Of a DNA stretch of 64,000 nucleotides, positions 16,054 to 26,595 are shown one piece after another; the first letter of the stretch is position 1, and each line of letters opens with the position of its first letter. This DNA comes from Spirochaetota bacterium (GTDB lineage: Bacteria; Spirochaetota; Spirochaetia; Treponematales; UBA12059): contig JAKQKE010000294.1 of NCBI GenBank assembly GCA_029560805.1, forward strand, positions 416-64,415. The letters run 5' to 3'. Under the pieces are notes generated by a model that was not told the DNA's origin, ran no database searches, and saw nothing but the letters and a program-made list of their open reading frames with translations. A program made the translations under genes and the position numbers.

Positions 16054-18419
16054 TCGTGGCGATGGACGGGCCGGCGGGAACCGGTAAAAGCACGATAGCC
16101 AGAATGGTGGCCGAGCGCCGAGGCTTTACCTATATCAACTCGGGCAACCTGTATCGCGCCATAACCTACGGCGCCATGCGCTCGGGCGTGCCGCTCGACG
16201 ACGAGGCCGCCTTGACGTCCTATGCCGAAGGCGCCGGACTGGAATACCGCGGCGGCGCTCTCTACCTGGACGGCGAGCCGATCGAGGGCCGGCTACGGAG
16301 CGCCGAGGTGGACGCGGTCGTGGCCCAGGTCTCGGCGATCGTGCCCATACGGCATATCGTCAACCGGCTGATCCGCTCCATTGGCGCCGGCTTGGACGCC
16401 GTCGTCGAGGGCCGGGACATCTGCACCGTCGTCTATCCGGACGCCGAGGTGCAGATCTACATCGACGCCAGCGCCGAAGCCAGGGCCAGGAGGCGCTTCG
16501 ACCAGGGTACGAGCTCGCTAAGTCTCGATGAGATCAAGAAGAATATAGAGATGCGCGATAGGATAGACATGAATAAGGCGGAAGGTAGCCTTAAAAGGGC
16601 GCCGAAAGCCTTCTATTTAGATACGTCGTACTTGACCATAGATCAAGTTTATGACATTGTGGACTCGAAAATTCAACAGCAAGGGAACCCTATGGCCAAG
16701 GAAGTGGAAATGGGCGCGGTCGCTCCCTCCGACGACAGCATCCAGACACAGTTACAGGAACAGTATCTAAAAACCATGAACCACCTGGAAGAGGGCGACC
16801 TCGTCGAGGGACAGGTGGTACAGGTGGCCAGCGATTGCGTCTTCGTCGACGTTGGCGCCAAGAGCGAAGGCAAGATTCCGCTCTCCGAATTCACCGAGCC
16901 GCCCAAGGTCGGCGACACCGTGACCGTCGTCCTCATGAAGAAGGAGACGAGGTCAGGCGAGACCTATGTCTCGAAGTCGAAGGCCGACGAGAAGGTTCAC
17001 TGGCGGAACGTGCAGAACGCCCACAAGAACCATGAGACGGTCGAGGGCGTCATCGAGAAGGAAATCAAGGGCGGTTTCGAGGTCAGCCTCGGCTACGGCC
17101 TCCGAGCCTTCCTGCCGGTTTCCAAGGCCGACGTGCAGCGGGTGGAGAAGGGCGACGAACTCGTAAAGGTCAAGTCCAAATTCTACATCGAGCGGCTGTA
17201 TTCGGAGAAGCGCGTCAATATCGTCGTCAACCGACGCGAATACCTCGAGGAAGCGATCAAGGTTCGCCGTGACGCCTTCTTCTCGACCGTACAGATCGGT
17301 GACACGGTCAAGGGCGAGGTCAAGAGCTTCACCAGCTTTGGCGCGTTCATCGACCTCGGCGGTTTCGACGGCCTGCTCCATATCAACGATATGAGCTGGG
17401 GCCACGTCACCAAGCCGAAGGACTTCGTTAAGAAGGGCCAGGAGATCGAGCTCAAGGTCATCAAGATCGACCCCGAGGAGGGCCGGATCAACCTGTCCCT
17501 GAAGCACTTCTCCCAGGATCCGTGGGAGACCTTCGAGGAGCGCTACCATCTCGACGCCGTCGTCAACGGCACGGTCACCAAGCTCACCGACTACGGCGCC
17601 TTCATCGAGTTGGAGCCGGGCATCGAGGGCCTCGCCCATATCTCCGAATTCTCGTGGGTAAAGCGCGTCAAGCGTCCCGACGAGATGCTCAAGATCGGCG
17701 ACTCCGTCGAGTGCATGATACTCGGCTACGATCTCGACCAGCAGAAAGTCTCGCTTGGCCTCAGGCAGGTTCACGAGAACCCGTGGACGACCATCGATGA
17801 CCGCTTCCCCGTCGGCATGAAGCTGACCAAGAAGGTCGTCAAGATCACCGCTTCCGGCGCCTTCGTCGAGCTCGAGGATGGCATCGACGGCTTCCTGCCC
17901 GCCGAGGAGCTGTCGTGGACCAAGAAGGTCCGCAATGCCGGCTCGGAGATCCAGGTGGGCGAGGAGATCGAGGTCATGGTTATCGAGAACCAGCCGAACG
18001 ACCACTCGATCAGGCTCTCCGTCCGCAGGCTGTCCGACGATCCCTGGCAGGCGTTCTCCGGCACGTACCGGGTCGGCTCGGTCATCGAGGGCACGGTTTC
18101 GTCCATCACCGATTTCGGGGTCTTCGTCAAGGTACCCGGCGACATCGAGGGCTTGGTCAACAAGTCCAACCTGAGCGTCGACCGTGACGAGGAATTCGAG
18201 GTCGCCGTCAAGAAGTACGAAGTCGGATCGCCGATCAAGGTGGTCATAACCGAACTCAGCCCGGAGCGCCAGAAGCTCTCCCTGTCGGTGCGCGACCTGG
18301 AGCGCAAGCAGCAGCAGGCCGAGATGTCCCGCTTCATGGACGAGGGCTCCTCGAACGAGGGCTTCACCCTCGGCGACCTGCTCAAGGAGAAGAAGGACAG
18401 CTCTCGCAAGAACGACTAG
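16050..18419 (+). CDS. cmk-rpsA: Cytidylate kinase fused to 30S ribosomal protein S1
   Basis: Track ORF 15660..18419 trimmed to ATG 16050 (ATGA overlap with rluB). The N-terminus MIVAMDGPAGTGKSTIARMVA is Cmk. It is followed by six S1/OB repeats (GDxVxGxVxxxxxFGAFVxL pattern). 789 aa. Confidence 0.9.
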   Translation: MIVAMDGPAGTGKSTIARMVAERRGFTYINSGNLYRAITYGAMRSGVPLDDEAALTSYAEGAGLEYRGGALYLDGEPIEGRLRSAEVDAVVAQVSAIVPIRHIVNRLIRSIGAGLDAVVEGRDICTVVYPDAEVQIYIDASAEARARRRFDQGTSSLSLDEIKKNIEMRDRIDMNKAEGSLKRAPKAFYLDTSYLTIDQVYDIVDSKIQQQGNPMAKEVEMGAVAPSDDSIQTQLQEQYLKTMNHLEEGDLVEGQVVQVASDCVFVDVGAKSEGKIPLSEFTEPPKVGDTVTVVLMKKETRSGETYVSKSKADEKVHWRNVQNAHKNHETVEGVIEKEIKGGFEVSLGYGLRAFLPVSKADVQRVEKGDELVKVKSKFYIERLYSEKRVNIVVNRREYLEEAIKVRRDAFFSTVQIGDTVKGEVKSFTSFGAFIDLGGFDGLLHINDMSWGHVTKPKDFVKKGQEIELKVIKIDPEEGRINLSLKHFSQDPWETFEERYHLDAVVNGTVTKLTDYGAFIELEPGIEGLAHISEFSWVKRVKRPDEMLKIGDSVECMILGYDLDQQKVSLGLRQVHENPWTTIDDRFPVGMKLTKKVVKITASGAFVELEDGIDGFLPAEELSWTKKVRNAGSEIQVGEEIEVMVIENQPNDHSIRLSVRRLSDDPWQAFSGTYRVGSVIEGTVSSITDFGVFVKVPGDIEGLVNKSNLSVDRDEEFEVAVKKYEVGSPIKVVITELSPERQKLSLSVRDLERKQQQAEMSRFMDEGSSNEGFTLGDLLKEKKDSSRKND

Positions 18420-18420
18420 C

Positions 18421-19932
<1,512 letters not shown>

Positions 19933-19938
19933 GCATCT

Positions 19939-20658
19939 ATGAGCTCTAAGGAAATCGGGGCCACGTCCGCGACTCAGGCGGCCCCCAAGGATGAGGTAAA
20001 GTTCGCCGAGAGGCTCGGTGATTTCATACGCGCCAATCGCGTCGGGCTGTTAGTCGTCGGCGTTGCGATACTGGTCGCCATCGTCGCCCTCGGGGTCTAC
20101 TCCATCGTCTCGAGCGACAGACTCCAGAAGTCCACCGTCGCCCTCGAGGCCCTCGAGGCCGGCTTCGCCGACTGGAACGCGCTGGAGGGCGAGGCCCGTA
20201 CCGCCAAGGGTGCGGAACTGACCGCGCAGGCCGACGCCGTCGCCGCCAAGTACGGCAAGCTGTACGCCGCCGGCCGGGCCTCCATGATTAAGGCCGAGTT
20301 ACTGTTCGCCATGAGCGACCTGCCCGGGTCGGAGAAAGCCTACCTGGCCGCCGCGGCCGGGGCTCCCAAGTCGCACTTGGCGCCAGTCGCGCTCGCCAAC
20401 GCCGCCAGCGTGGCCGAAGATCGAGGCGACAACGAGGCCGCCCTGTCGTACTTGCAGCGCGCCGCGACGGAGTATCCCTCGGCCCCCGCCATCGGCCGCG
20501 TCACGCTATCGATCGGCCGCATCTATGAGAATATGAAGCGCTACGGAGAGGCCATGGAAGCCTATACCCGTCTCATCGCCACCGGCACCGAAAGCGATTG
20601 GACAAAGATCGCTCATGCCCGTATAATTCTGCTGAAGTCTCGAGGGCTCGCCGACTAA
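19939..20658 (+). CDS. Membrane-anchored TPR-like protein
   Basis: AAGGAG RBS. One N-terminal TM helix (LLVVGVAILVAIVALGVY) and an Ala-rich helical repeat region. Confidence 0.7.
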   Translation: MSSKEIGATSATQAAPKDEVKFAERLGDFIRANRVGLLVVGVAILVAIVALGVYSIVSSDRLQKSTVALEALEAGFADWNALEGEARTAKGAELTAQADAVAAKYGKLYAAGRASMIKAELLFAMSDLPGSEKAYLAAAAGAPKSHLAPVALANAASVAEDRGDNEAALSYLQRAATEYPSAPAIGRVTLSIGRIYENMKRYGEAMEAYTRLIATGTESDWTKIAHARIILLKSRGLAD

Positions 20659-20680
20659 CGCGTCCCCGGCGAAGTGCCGC

Positions 20681-20708
20681 GGAAGCCCGGCCGGATGGCC
20701 GGGCTTCC
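20681..20708 (+). terminator. Perfect 12-bp GC hairpin (GGAAGCCCGGCC GGAT GGCCGGGCTTCC)
   Basis: Lies 23 nt after the stop at 20658. The T-tract is weak. Confidence 0.5.
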
Positions 20709-20764
20709 GCCGTTTATGGACCGTTTTTCATATCAGATCCGAACACGTTGCTGGAGGGCTCATC

Positions 20765-23170
20765 ATGCCGAGGAAGCGCTCACGAATCCTGGAGGCGAAA
20801 CGGTTTTCCTTCGTCATAGCCGTGCTGATTTTCGGCGTCTTTTCCTTGCTGTACTTCTCGACCCGTATCTTCCAGAACCTCGAAGGGCCCATCCTCGATT
20901 CGCATTTCAGGCTTAAGACGACCAAGGAATCAAAGGCCATCCAGGAAGGCGCGGTGCTTTCCCACCAGAACCTCCAAATCTCCGATAGCATCCTGATCCT
21001 GGGCATCGATCAGAAGACCCTCGCGGAATACGGTAAGTGGCCGTTCTCGAGGACACGGCATGCGGACCTGATCAACGCGTTCTCGCGCATCAAGGCCCAG
21101 GAAAATCGGGAGAGTTCCCTGTTCGTGGATGTGTTCTTCATCGAGGAGGACTCTGATCCGACGAACGATGCCCTGCTGGCCGACGCCATCGGCGAATCGG
21201 GCAGGGTCTTCCTCGAGACCGTCCTGTCGCCGTACGGCTCCGTACAGGAGGGCGACCCGATGACCGTCAGGCAGCGGGCCCTCTACGACGGCTCCGGGTC
21301 CATCAAGAATGTTAAGGGCGACTGGAAGAAGCTCGTGGCCTTCTATGGCTACGAGCCGCCGCTCGAGCCCTTCGCCAGGGCGGCTTCAGGCTACGGCCAC
21401 GCCAACTTCATGTCCGACTCCGACCAGGTCTATCGTCGCCAGCCCCTCGTGCTGCGCTCGAGCGTGCTGGTGGAGACGCTCCGGCTCGACGAGCTACGGC
21501 CGGGCTACGCCGTCGACGAGGCGTCGTTCGAGCGGCTGTCATGGCAGGACGATAGGGGAGGCTACCACGACATCGATACGCCCCTGACCGAGGCGACGCT
21601 CGCCAAGCTGAAGGATCGCATGGGCGACGAGGCCCCATTACGGATAGTGGACGACGACATGGACGGCACTCCCGACGATAGCTACTACGTCGTCAGGCGG
21701 TATCGCGACACTTTCGTGCCGGCTATAACCCTATCGCTGGCCCTGAACTATTTCCATCGCTCGCTCGACGAGGTCGAAGTCGTCATAGGCTCGCATATCC
21801 TGATCCCTTCGCCAAAGGTAGTCGACCCCGATACCGGCGAGCTGGTGGACTACGCCATCCAGACGGAGCCAGACCAGTTCGACGCCGACGGAAACCTCGT
21901 GGCGGCCGGGCGGCGTAGGACCCTGCCGGAGATACGCATCCCTATCAACGAGCAGGGTCAGATGATCGTCAACTTCATGGGGCCCCGATCCAGCCCGACT
22001 TCCGACGGCGTCCAAACCTTCCCGGTGCGCTCGTACTCGTCCTACGCCAATCGCGCTCCCGGCTCGGATCCGGCCACCTGGCGCCGGACCCTGGCGGTCA
22101 AGGATAAGATCCTGATGGTCGGGGCCTTCGCCGCGGGCGTCGCCGAGGACGAGAAGCCGACGCCGCTTGGCATTATGTACGGCATCGAGATGCATGCCAA
22201 CGCCCTTAACACCATCCTGATGGATAACTTTATCCATCAGGCGCCCGTATGGGTCGACCTGGCGATACTCGGCGCCGCGATCCTCCTGCTCGCGTTCCTG
22301 AGTTCCAGGCTACCGGCCATCGCCGGCTTCTTCATCACGCTCGGCGCCGTCGCCGCGTACTTCTACGGGGTCAACTACGCCTTCGACTCGAGGGCCTACC
22401 TGATCAACTTCTCGATGACCTCGCTCGCGGCCGGGTTCACCTTCATATCGGTGGTCGTCTACCGGGTGTTCACCGAGGAGCGCGACAAACGGCAGATACG
22501 CGAAACGTTCGGCAAGTACCTGAGCCCGAGGGTGGTCGATCAGCTGGCCAACGACCCGCCCGAGCTCGGCGGCGTCGACAAGGATCTGACCGTATTCTTC
22601 TCCGACATACGGGGTTTCACGACGCTTTCGGAGAACATGACCTCCCAGGAGCTGGTCAACCACCTGAATGTCTATTTCTCGGCGATGACCGACCTGGCGA
22701 TAGACTACATGGGCACGCTCGACAAGTATATCGGTGACGCGATGATGGCGTTCTGGGGCGCGCCTCTGCCGCTGCAGAATCACGCCGAGCTGGCCTGCAA
22801 GTGCGCGCTCAAACAGATGCGCGTGCTCGACGAGCTGAACGCCGGCTGGCCCGAGGCCAAGCATATACATATCGGCATCGGCATCAACACGGGCATCATG
22901 ACTGTCGGGAACATGGGCTCCAAGCAACGCATGAACTACACGCTGATGGGCGACAACGTGAACCTATGTTCGAGGCTCGAGGCTACGAACAAGGAATACG
23001 GGACGCGCATCATCATCAGCGAATACACCTATGCGCACGTACGGGACAAGTTCGTGGTACGCGAACTGGACAACATCCGCGTCAAGGGCAAGAACAAGCC
23101 GGTGCTCATCTACGAGCTGATCGACTGCCTCGAATCTATCGAGCCGCCAGCCAAGGCCGCAGTAAAATAG
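20765..23170 (+). CDS. CHASE2 sensor-domain class III adenylate/guanylate cyclase
   Basis: N-terminal TM helix, a large extracytoplasmic domain and three TM helices. The cyclase core carries VFFSDIRGFTTLSE, GDAMMAFWGAP, IGINTG and MGDNVNLCSRLE. Confidence 0.9.
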   Translation: MPRKRSRILEAKRFSFVIAVLIFGVFSLLYFSTRIFQNLEGPILDSHFRLKTTKESKAIQEGAVLSHQNLQISDSILILGIDQKTLAEYGKWPFSRTRHADLINAFSRIKAQENRESSLFVDVFFIEEDSDPTNDALLADAIGESGRVFLETVLSPYGSVQEGDPMTVRQRALYDGSGSIKNVKGDWKKLVAFYGYEPPLEPFARAASGYGHANFMSDSDQVYRRQPLVLRSSVLVETLRLDELRPGYAVDEASFERLSWQDDRGGYHDIDTPLTEATLAKLKDRMGDEAPLRIVDDDMDGTPDDSYYVVRRYRDTFVPAITLSLALNYFHRSLDEVEVVIGSHILIPSPKVVDPDTGELVDYAIQTEPDQFDADGNLVAAGRRRTLPEIRIPINEQGQMIVNFMGPRSSPTSDGVQTFPVRSYSSYANRAPGSDPATWRRTLAVKDKILMVGAFAAGVAEDEKPTPLGIMYGIEMHANALNTILMDNFIHQAPVWVDLAILGAAILLLAFLSSRLPAIAGFFITLGAVAAYFYGVNYAFDSRAYLINFSMTSLAAGFTFISVVVYRVFTEERDKRQIRETFGKYLSPRVVDQLANDPPELGGVDKDLTVFFSDIRGFTTLSENMTSQELVNHLNVYFSAMTDLAIDYMGTLDKYIGDAMMAFWGAPLPLQNHAELACKCALKQMRVLDELNAGWPEAKHIHIGIGINTGIMTVGNMGSKQRMNYTLMGDNVNLCSRLEATNKEYGTRIIISEYTYAHVRDKFVVRELDNIRVKGKNKPVLIYELIDCLESIEPPAKAAVK

Positions 23171-23186
23171 TAATGGAAGGATCGGT

Positions 23187-23906
23187 TTGAGAGGTATCGC
23201 TTCCCGGACTTCGGCGTGGTCGCTCTTCGCCGCGCTTTGCGTAGTGCTCGCCGCCGCGCTGGGGCTAAGCTCGTGCGGCATCGACACGATCGCGTACCTC
23301 GCGCTCGTCACGACGAGCCGATCGAACGACGACATCTCGAGCATGGTGTTCTTGGGCCCGTACTCGGACGAGGACGAGTATTTCGGATTAGTCATCTACT
23401 ACAAGATCTACGCTAACGCTGCCGCGGCTGACGTCGATCGCAACTACATCGCGGCACGGCAGGCGGACGACGACGCGGTGCCGGGGGCTTCGGTGGAGAC
23501 GTATCTGGCCTCGTCGTCGTACCTTGGTTATCAGCGGCTCGTGCTGAACGGAGAGTCGTCCTTGCCGACTATCCATAAAGACTACCTGACGGACGATTAC
23601 TATATAACCGTGGAGTTGCCTTCTGGCGGCGCCAGGGAACCGTACTTGACGATCGTCGACGTGGCTACCGCCAGTATCGTCCGCTCCTACGTGATCAGGC
23701 GGGCAGAGACCGGGTCGGACAATGCGTACCTGACGTTCCTCGACGAACCCAAGCCGGGCGCCGCTGACTATAGGTCGAGCACGAACGATACCGACGACTA
23801 TTATTACGTCCAATTCTACGCGGCGGCCTATGGTATAGACTTGAACGACTTCAGCAACCTCTTCGGAGACGCCATCTCGATCGGCAGGCTAAGGCTATCG
23901 TTCTAG
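23187..23906 (+). CDS. Hypothetical lipoprotein
   Basis: TTG start with a GGAAGGA RBS and lipobox LGLSSC. No recognisable domain. Confidence 0.65.
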   Translation: MRGIASRTSAWSLFAALCVVLAAALGLSSCGIDTIAYLALVTTSRSNDDISSMVFLGPYSDEDEYFGLVIYYKIYANAAAADVDRNYIAARQADDDAVPGASVETYLASSSYLGYQRLVLNGESSLPTIHKDYLTDDYYITVELPSGGAREPYLTIVDVATASIVRSYVIRRAETGSDNAYLTFLDEPKPGAADYRSSTNDTDDYYYVQFYAAAYGIDLNDFSNLFGDAISIGRLRLSF

Positions 23907-23959
23907 CGATAGGGACGAGTCCAGGGATCGCTTGACCGTGGCCCTATCGAATACTGACG

Positions 23960-23987
23960 ACTTCCGATAATGTATATTCTGTCTACC
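23960..23987. other. dif-like XerC/XerD recombination site candidate
   Basis: ACTTCCGATAA-TGTATA-TTCTGTCTACC. It matches 21 of 28 positions of the B. subtilis dif as I recall it (ACTTCCTAGAATATATATTATGTAAACT). A 12-nt core, ATAATGTATATT, is identical to E. coli dif. It sits in an AT-rich gap between convergent genes. Confidence 0.5.
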
Positions 23988-24004
23988 AGCTCGCCTTCCA
24001 TTAT

Positions 24005-24034
24005 GCCGCATACCTGTCACGAAGCTTATGCGGC
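24005..24034. terminator. Hairpin GCCGCATA / TATGCGGC between convergent genes
   Basis: 8-bp stem with a 14-nt loop, just downstream of the radical SAM stop (24040). Confidence 0.35.
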
Positions 24035-24039
24035 GTTGA

Positions 24040-26595
24040 CTAGCATCGGTATTGCGAGTAGCGATCGGTGTACGTCTCGACACCGCCGTCGGCCGACTTG
24101 GCGTACTGGGCAGAACGACGGACCGATATCCTGGCTTCGCGGATCGAGAATCCGTACGCATCCTCGAAGAGCGCCGGCAGGCCTAACTCGCGCTTGCCCG
24201 TGAATGGCAGCAAGAGCGTCACGACATCGCCATCGACGCCGACGGTGGCATCGGCAAGCCTCGTATCGGACTGTATACGTTTCCGTACTGCTGATGCGAG
24301 CAGCCTCGGATCCAAGCCGGTACTCAGGAGATCGACGCTGTAGCGCGAACCCCAGTGGACGGAAGACAGGGATGGGAACTTCTTGCCATCCTGGCATAGC
24401 AGCGTATAGGCCTCGAGTATCCTGAGGTCTCCATGCAGGAGGCGGTTGGCGGCAGACGCTACGTCGGAGGGATCGACCGGGAGCCGGCCGGTCAATATGA
24501 CGGAGCCGTACTCGTCGCTCGACTCGAAACCGAGGGACATGGGCTCGGAGATCTCGAGGCGAGGCATCGGGTTGAAGCCCTCGGAGTACGCTATCGGAGC
24601 ACCGGCGCGGTCGATGGCGGAGCTGAGCATGGCTTGGAGTTCATGGTGCGCGAAGAAGGCCGCCCTGCCCTCCTTCGCATACCGGAAGAACAACCGATAC
24701 CGGTCTCCCTGAGCCGGGACGCGACGAGTAGCCAGCGGGCGGCCGGCGGCTACGGGCGCGTCGAGCGATCCGAGGTCCGCGGCCTTGGATAAGGCCGCGA
24801 TCCGCTCAAGTATTTCGTCGTCACCGCCCACGCTCAGTGAGCTATCGCAGGAGCCGCAGCGGTCAGAGCAGGCGTCGGCGCAAGCCGCGGTCAGCGACGA
24901 GTCCCTGGAGCGTTTCAGCTCATCGAGGAGGAACTTCTGGGATACCCGCAGCGATACGTCCGACCACGGAAGCTCGGCGGCTTCGTCGAAGCCGGACATA
25001 TGGCGCGTGGCCGACTCTCCGGCGGCCTCGAGCGCCGCCTTCCAGGTATCCTTATCGCAGAGGTCGTCCCAGGCATCGAAACGTGCGCCACGGCGATAGG
25101 CGTCGATGAGGAGTTCTCCGACACGCTCGTCTCCCCGGGAGACGATACCCTCAAGCCAGGAAAGGAACGGCGTGTGGTAGGTGACCTTGACGCGGGCGTT
25201 GGACTTGAACGCATCCTTGACGGCATAGATCCTTGACGCGGCCTCGACGTAGCCGAGCTGTGGGCTCCATTGGAAAGGCGTATGCGGTTTTGGCACGAAC
25301 GTCGCGACGGTCAGGTTGAGCTTGATCGTAGGGGCGACGGCTAGCAATTCGCCGATGAACGAGACGATGGCCTCTACCTCGGACACGCCCGCGTCCGGTA
25401 GCGGCAGCCCCACCATGAAATAGAATTTGGCTACTCGGTAGCCGCGTTTCTCCGCCTCGGCAAGTATACGGCTGATCTTCTCGATGCCGGCGCGCTTGTT
25501 CAACGTCATCTGCCATTGCTCGAGCGGCGTCTCGACCGCGAAGGTCAGGCCGCTCTTGCGGGTACCGGACAGGTCCTCGATGAGTTCGAGCGGGAACGAT
25601 TCGACCTTGAGCGACGGTAGCTGGAAGGACACGCCGTACCCGGACCAGCGCTTATTGAGCAGGGCGACGAGGGGTGCGATGCCCGGGTAGTCGCCCGACG
25701 ATAGCGACGACAGGCTGATCTCGCGGTGACCGGCCTCGAGCACCTGGGCTTCGACCTCCTCGAGGATACGTTCCGGAGAGCGGAGCCTGCGGGGGCGATA
25801 GAAGTAGCCGGCATGGCAGAAGCGGCAACCGTTCGGGCAGCCGCGCATGATCTCGACGACGCCGTGGTCCTGGACCGGTTTGACGACGGGCATCGGAAAG
25901 GCATAACGATAGGGAGCCTCGGTGAAACCGTCGTAGATCGCTCGGACGGCTTTCTTAGGGGGCGTGCCGAACGCCGCTGGCATCCAAAACGATCTTTCAT
26001 CGCGGAGCCTCGCGAGCAGCTCGCCGCGGCCGGCACCGTTCCGCTTAAGTTCCGCGAGCTCGGCGACGAGGCTAAAAAAAGCCCCCTCGGCCTCTCCTAT
26101 CCATACGGCATCGAGGATGGCCGAATACGGCGTCGGGTTCGTAATCGCAGGACCACCGGCTATGACTATCGGATGTTCGTCCGTTCGGTCGGCCGAGCGT
26201 AGCGGCACGCCCGACAGGTCGAGCACCGACAGGATGTTCGTGGCGGCCAACTCGTAGCCGACTGTGAAACCGAGGATATCGAACGACGAGACGGGCGTAC
26301 CCGTCTCGAGGCCGTAGAGCGGGGTCCTTGACTCGCGCAGTAGCCGCTCGTAATCGGCGGCGACCGCGAACACGCGCTCGCAGGCGACGCCGTCCAAGCC
26401 GTTCAGCCCGGCGTACAGGATACGCATCGCGTTGTTGGCCATGCCTATCTCGTACAGGTCTGGGAAGCACAGGACCATCCTGAACGGCGCGTCGGGTTTG
26501 GCGATCGAGCCGCTCTCGCCGCCCAGATACCTCGCCGGCTTGGCTATCTTGGGTAGCTCGGTCTTGAACAACGTGCATGGATCTACGCGGCTCAA
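24040..26595 (-). CDS. Uncharacterised radical SAM protein (B12-binding-like N-domain plus radical SAM core) fused to a DUF2344-type C-terminal domain
   Basis: The start is re-set to TTG 26595..26593 (AGGAGG 8 nt upstream), overlapping the rodA TGA (TTGA). The track start at 26655 would add 20 residues inside rodA. Motifs CPNGCRFCHAG (CxxxCxxC) and a C-terminal segment FFAHHELQAMLSSAIDRAGAPIAYSEGFNPMPRLEISEPMSLGFES. An extra cluster CADACSDRCGSC is present. Confidence 0.85.
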   Translation of the reverse strand: MSRVDPCTLFKTELPKIAKPARYLGGESGSIAKPDAPFRMVLCFPDLYEIGMANNAMRILYAGLNGLDGVACERVFAVAADYERLLRESRTPLYGLETGTPVSSFDILGFTVGYELAATNILSVLDLSGVPLRSADRTDEHPIVIAGGPAITNPTPYSAILDAVWIGEAEGAFFSLVAELAELKRNGAGRGELLARLRDERSFWMPAAFGTPPKKAVRAIYDGFTEAPYRYAFPMPVVKPVQDHGVVEIMRGCPNGCRFCHAGYFYRPRRLRSPERILEEVEAQVLEAGHREISLSSLSSGDYPGIAPLVALLNKRWSGYGVSFQLPSLKVESFPLELIEDLSGTRKSGLTFAVETPLEQWQMTLNKRAGIEKISRILAEAEKRGYRVAKFYFMVGLPLPDAGVSEVEAIVSFIGELLAVAPTIKLNLTVATFVPKPHTPFQWSPQLGYVEAASRIYAVKDAFKSNARVKVTYHTPFLSWLEGIVSRGDERVGELLIDAYRRGARFDAWDDLCDKDTWKAALEAAGESATRHMSGFDEAAELPWSDVSLRVSQKFLLDELKRSRDSSLTAACADACSDRCGSCDSSLSVGGDDEILERIAALSKAADLGSLDAPVAAGRPLATRRVPAQGDRYRLFFRYAKEGRAAFFAHHELQAMLSSAIDRAGAPIAYSEGFNPMPRLEISEPMSLGFESSDEYGSVILTGRLPVDPSDVASAANRLLHGDLRILEAYTLLCQDGKKFPSLSSVHWGSRYSVDLLSTGLDPRLLASAVRKRIQSDTRLADATVGVDGDVVTLLLPFTGKRELGLPALFEDAYGFSIREARISVRRSAQYAKSADGGVETYTDRYSQYRC

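Noticed and set aside
25291-25305. Sigma-54-like element TGGCAC-gaacg-TCGC on the plus strand.
   Set aside because: It is internal and antisense to the radical SAM CDS. It has a mismatch in the -12 box, and no plus-strand gene lies downstream. It is probably a chance match.
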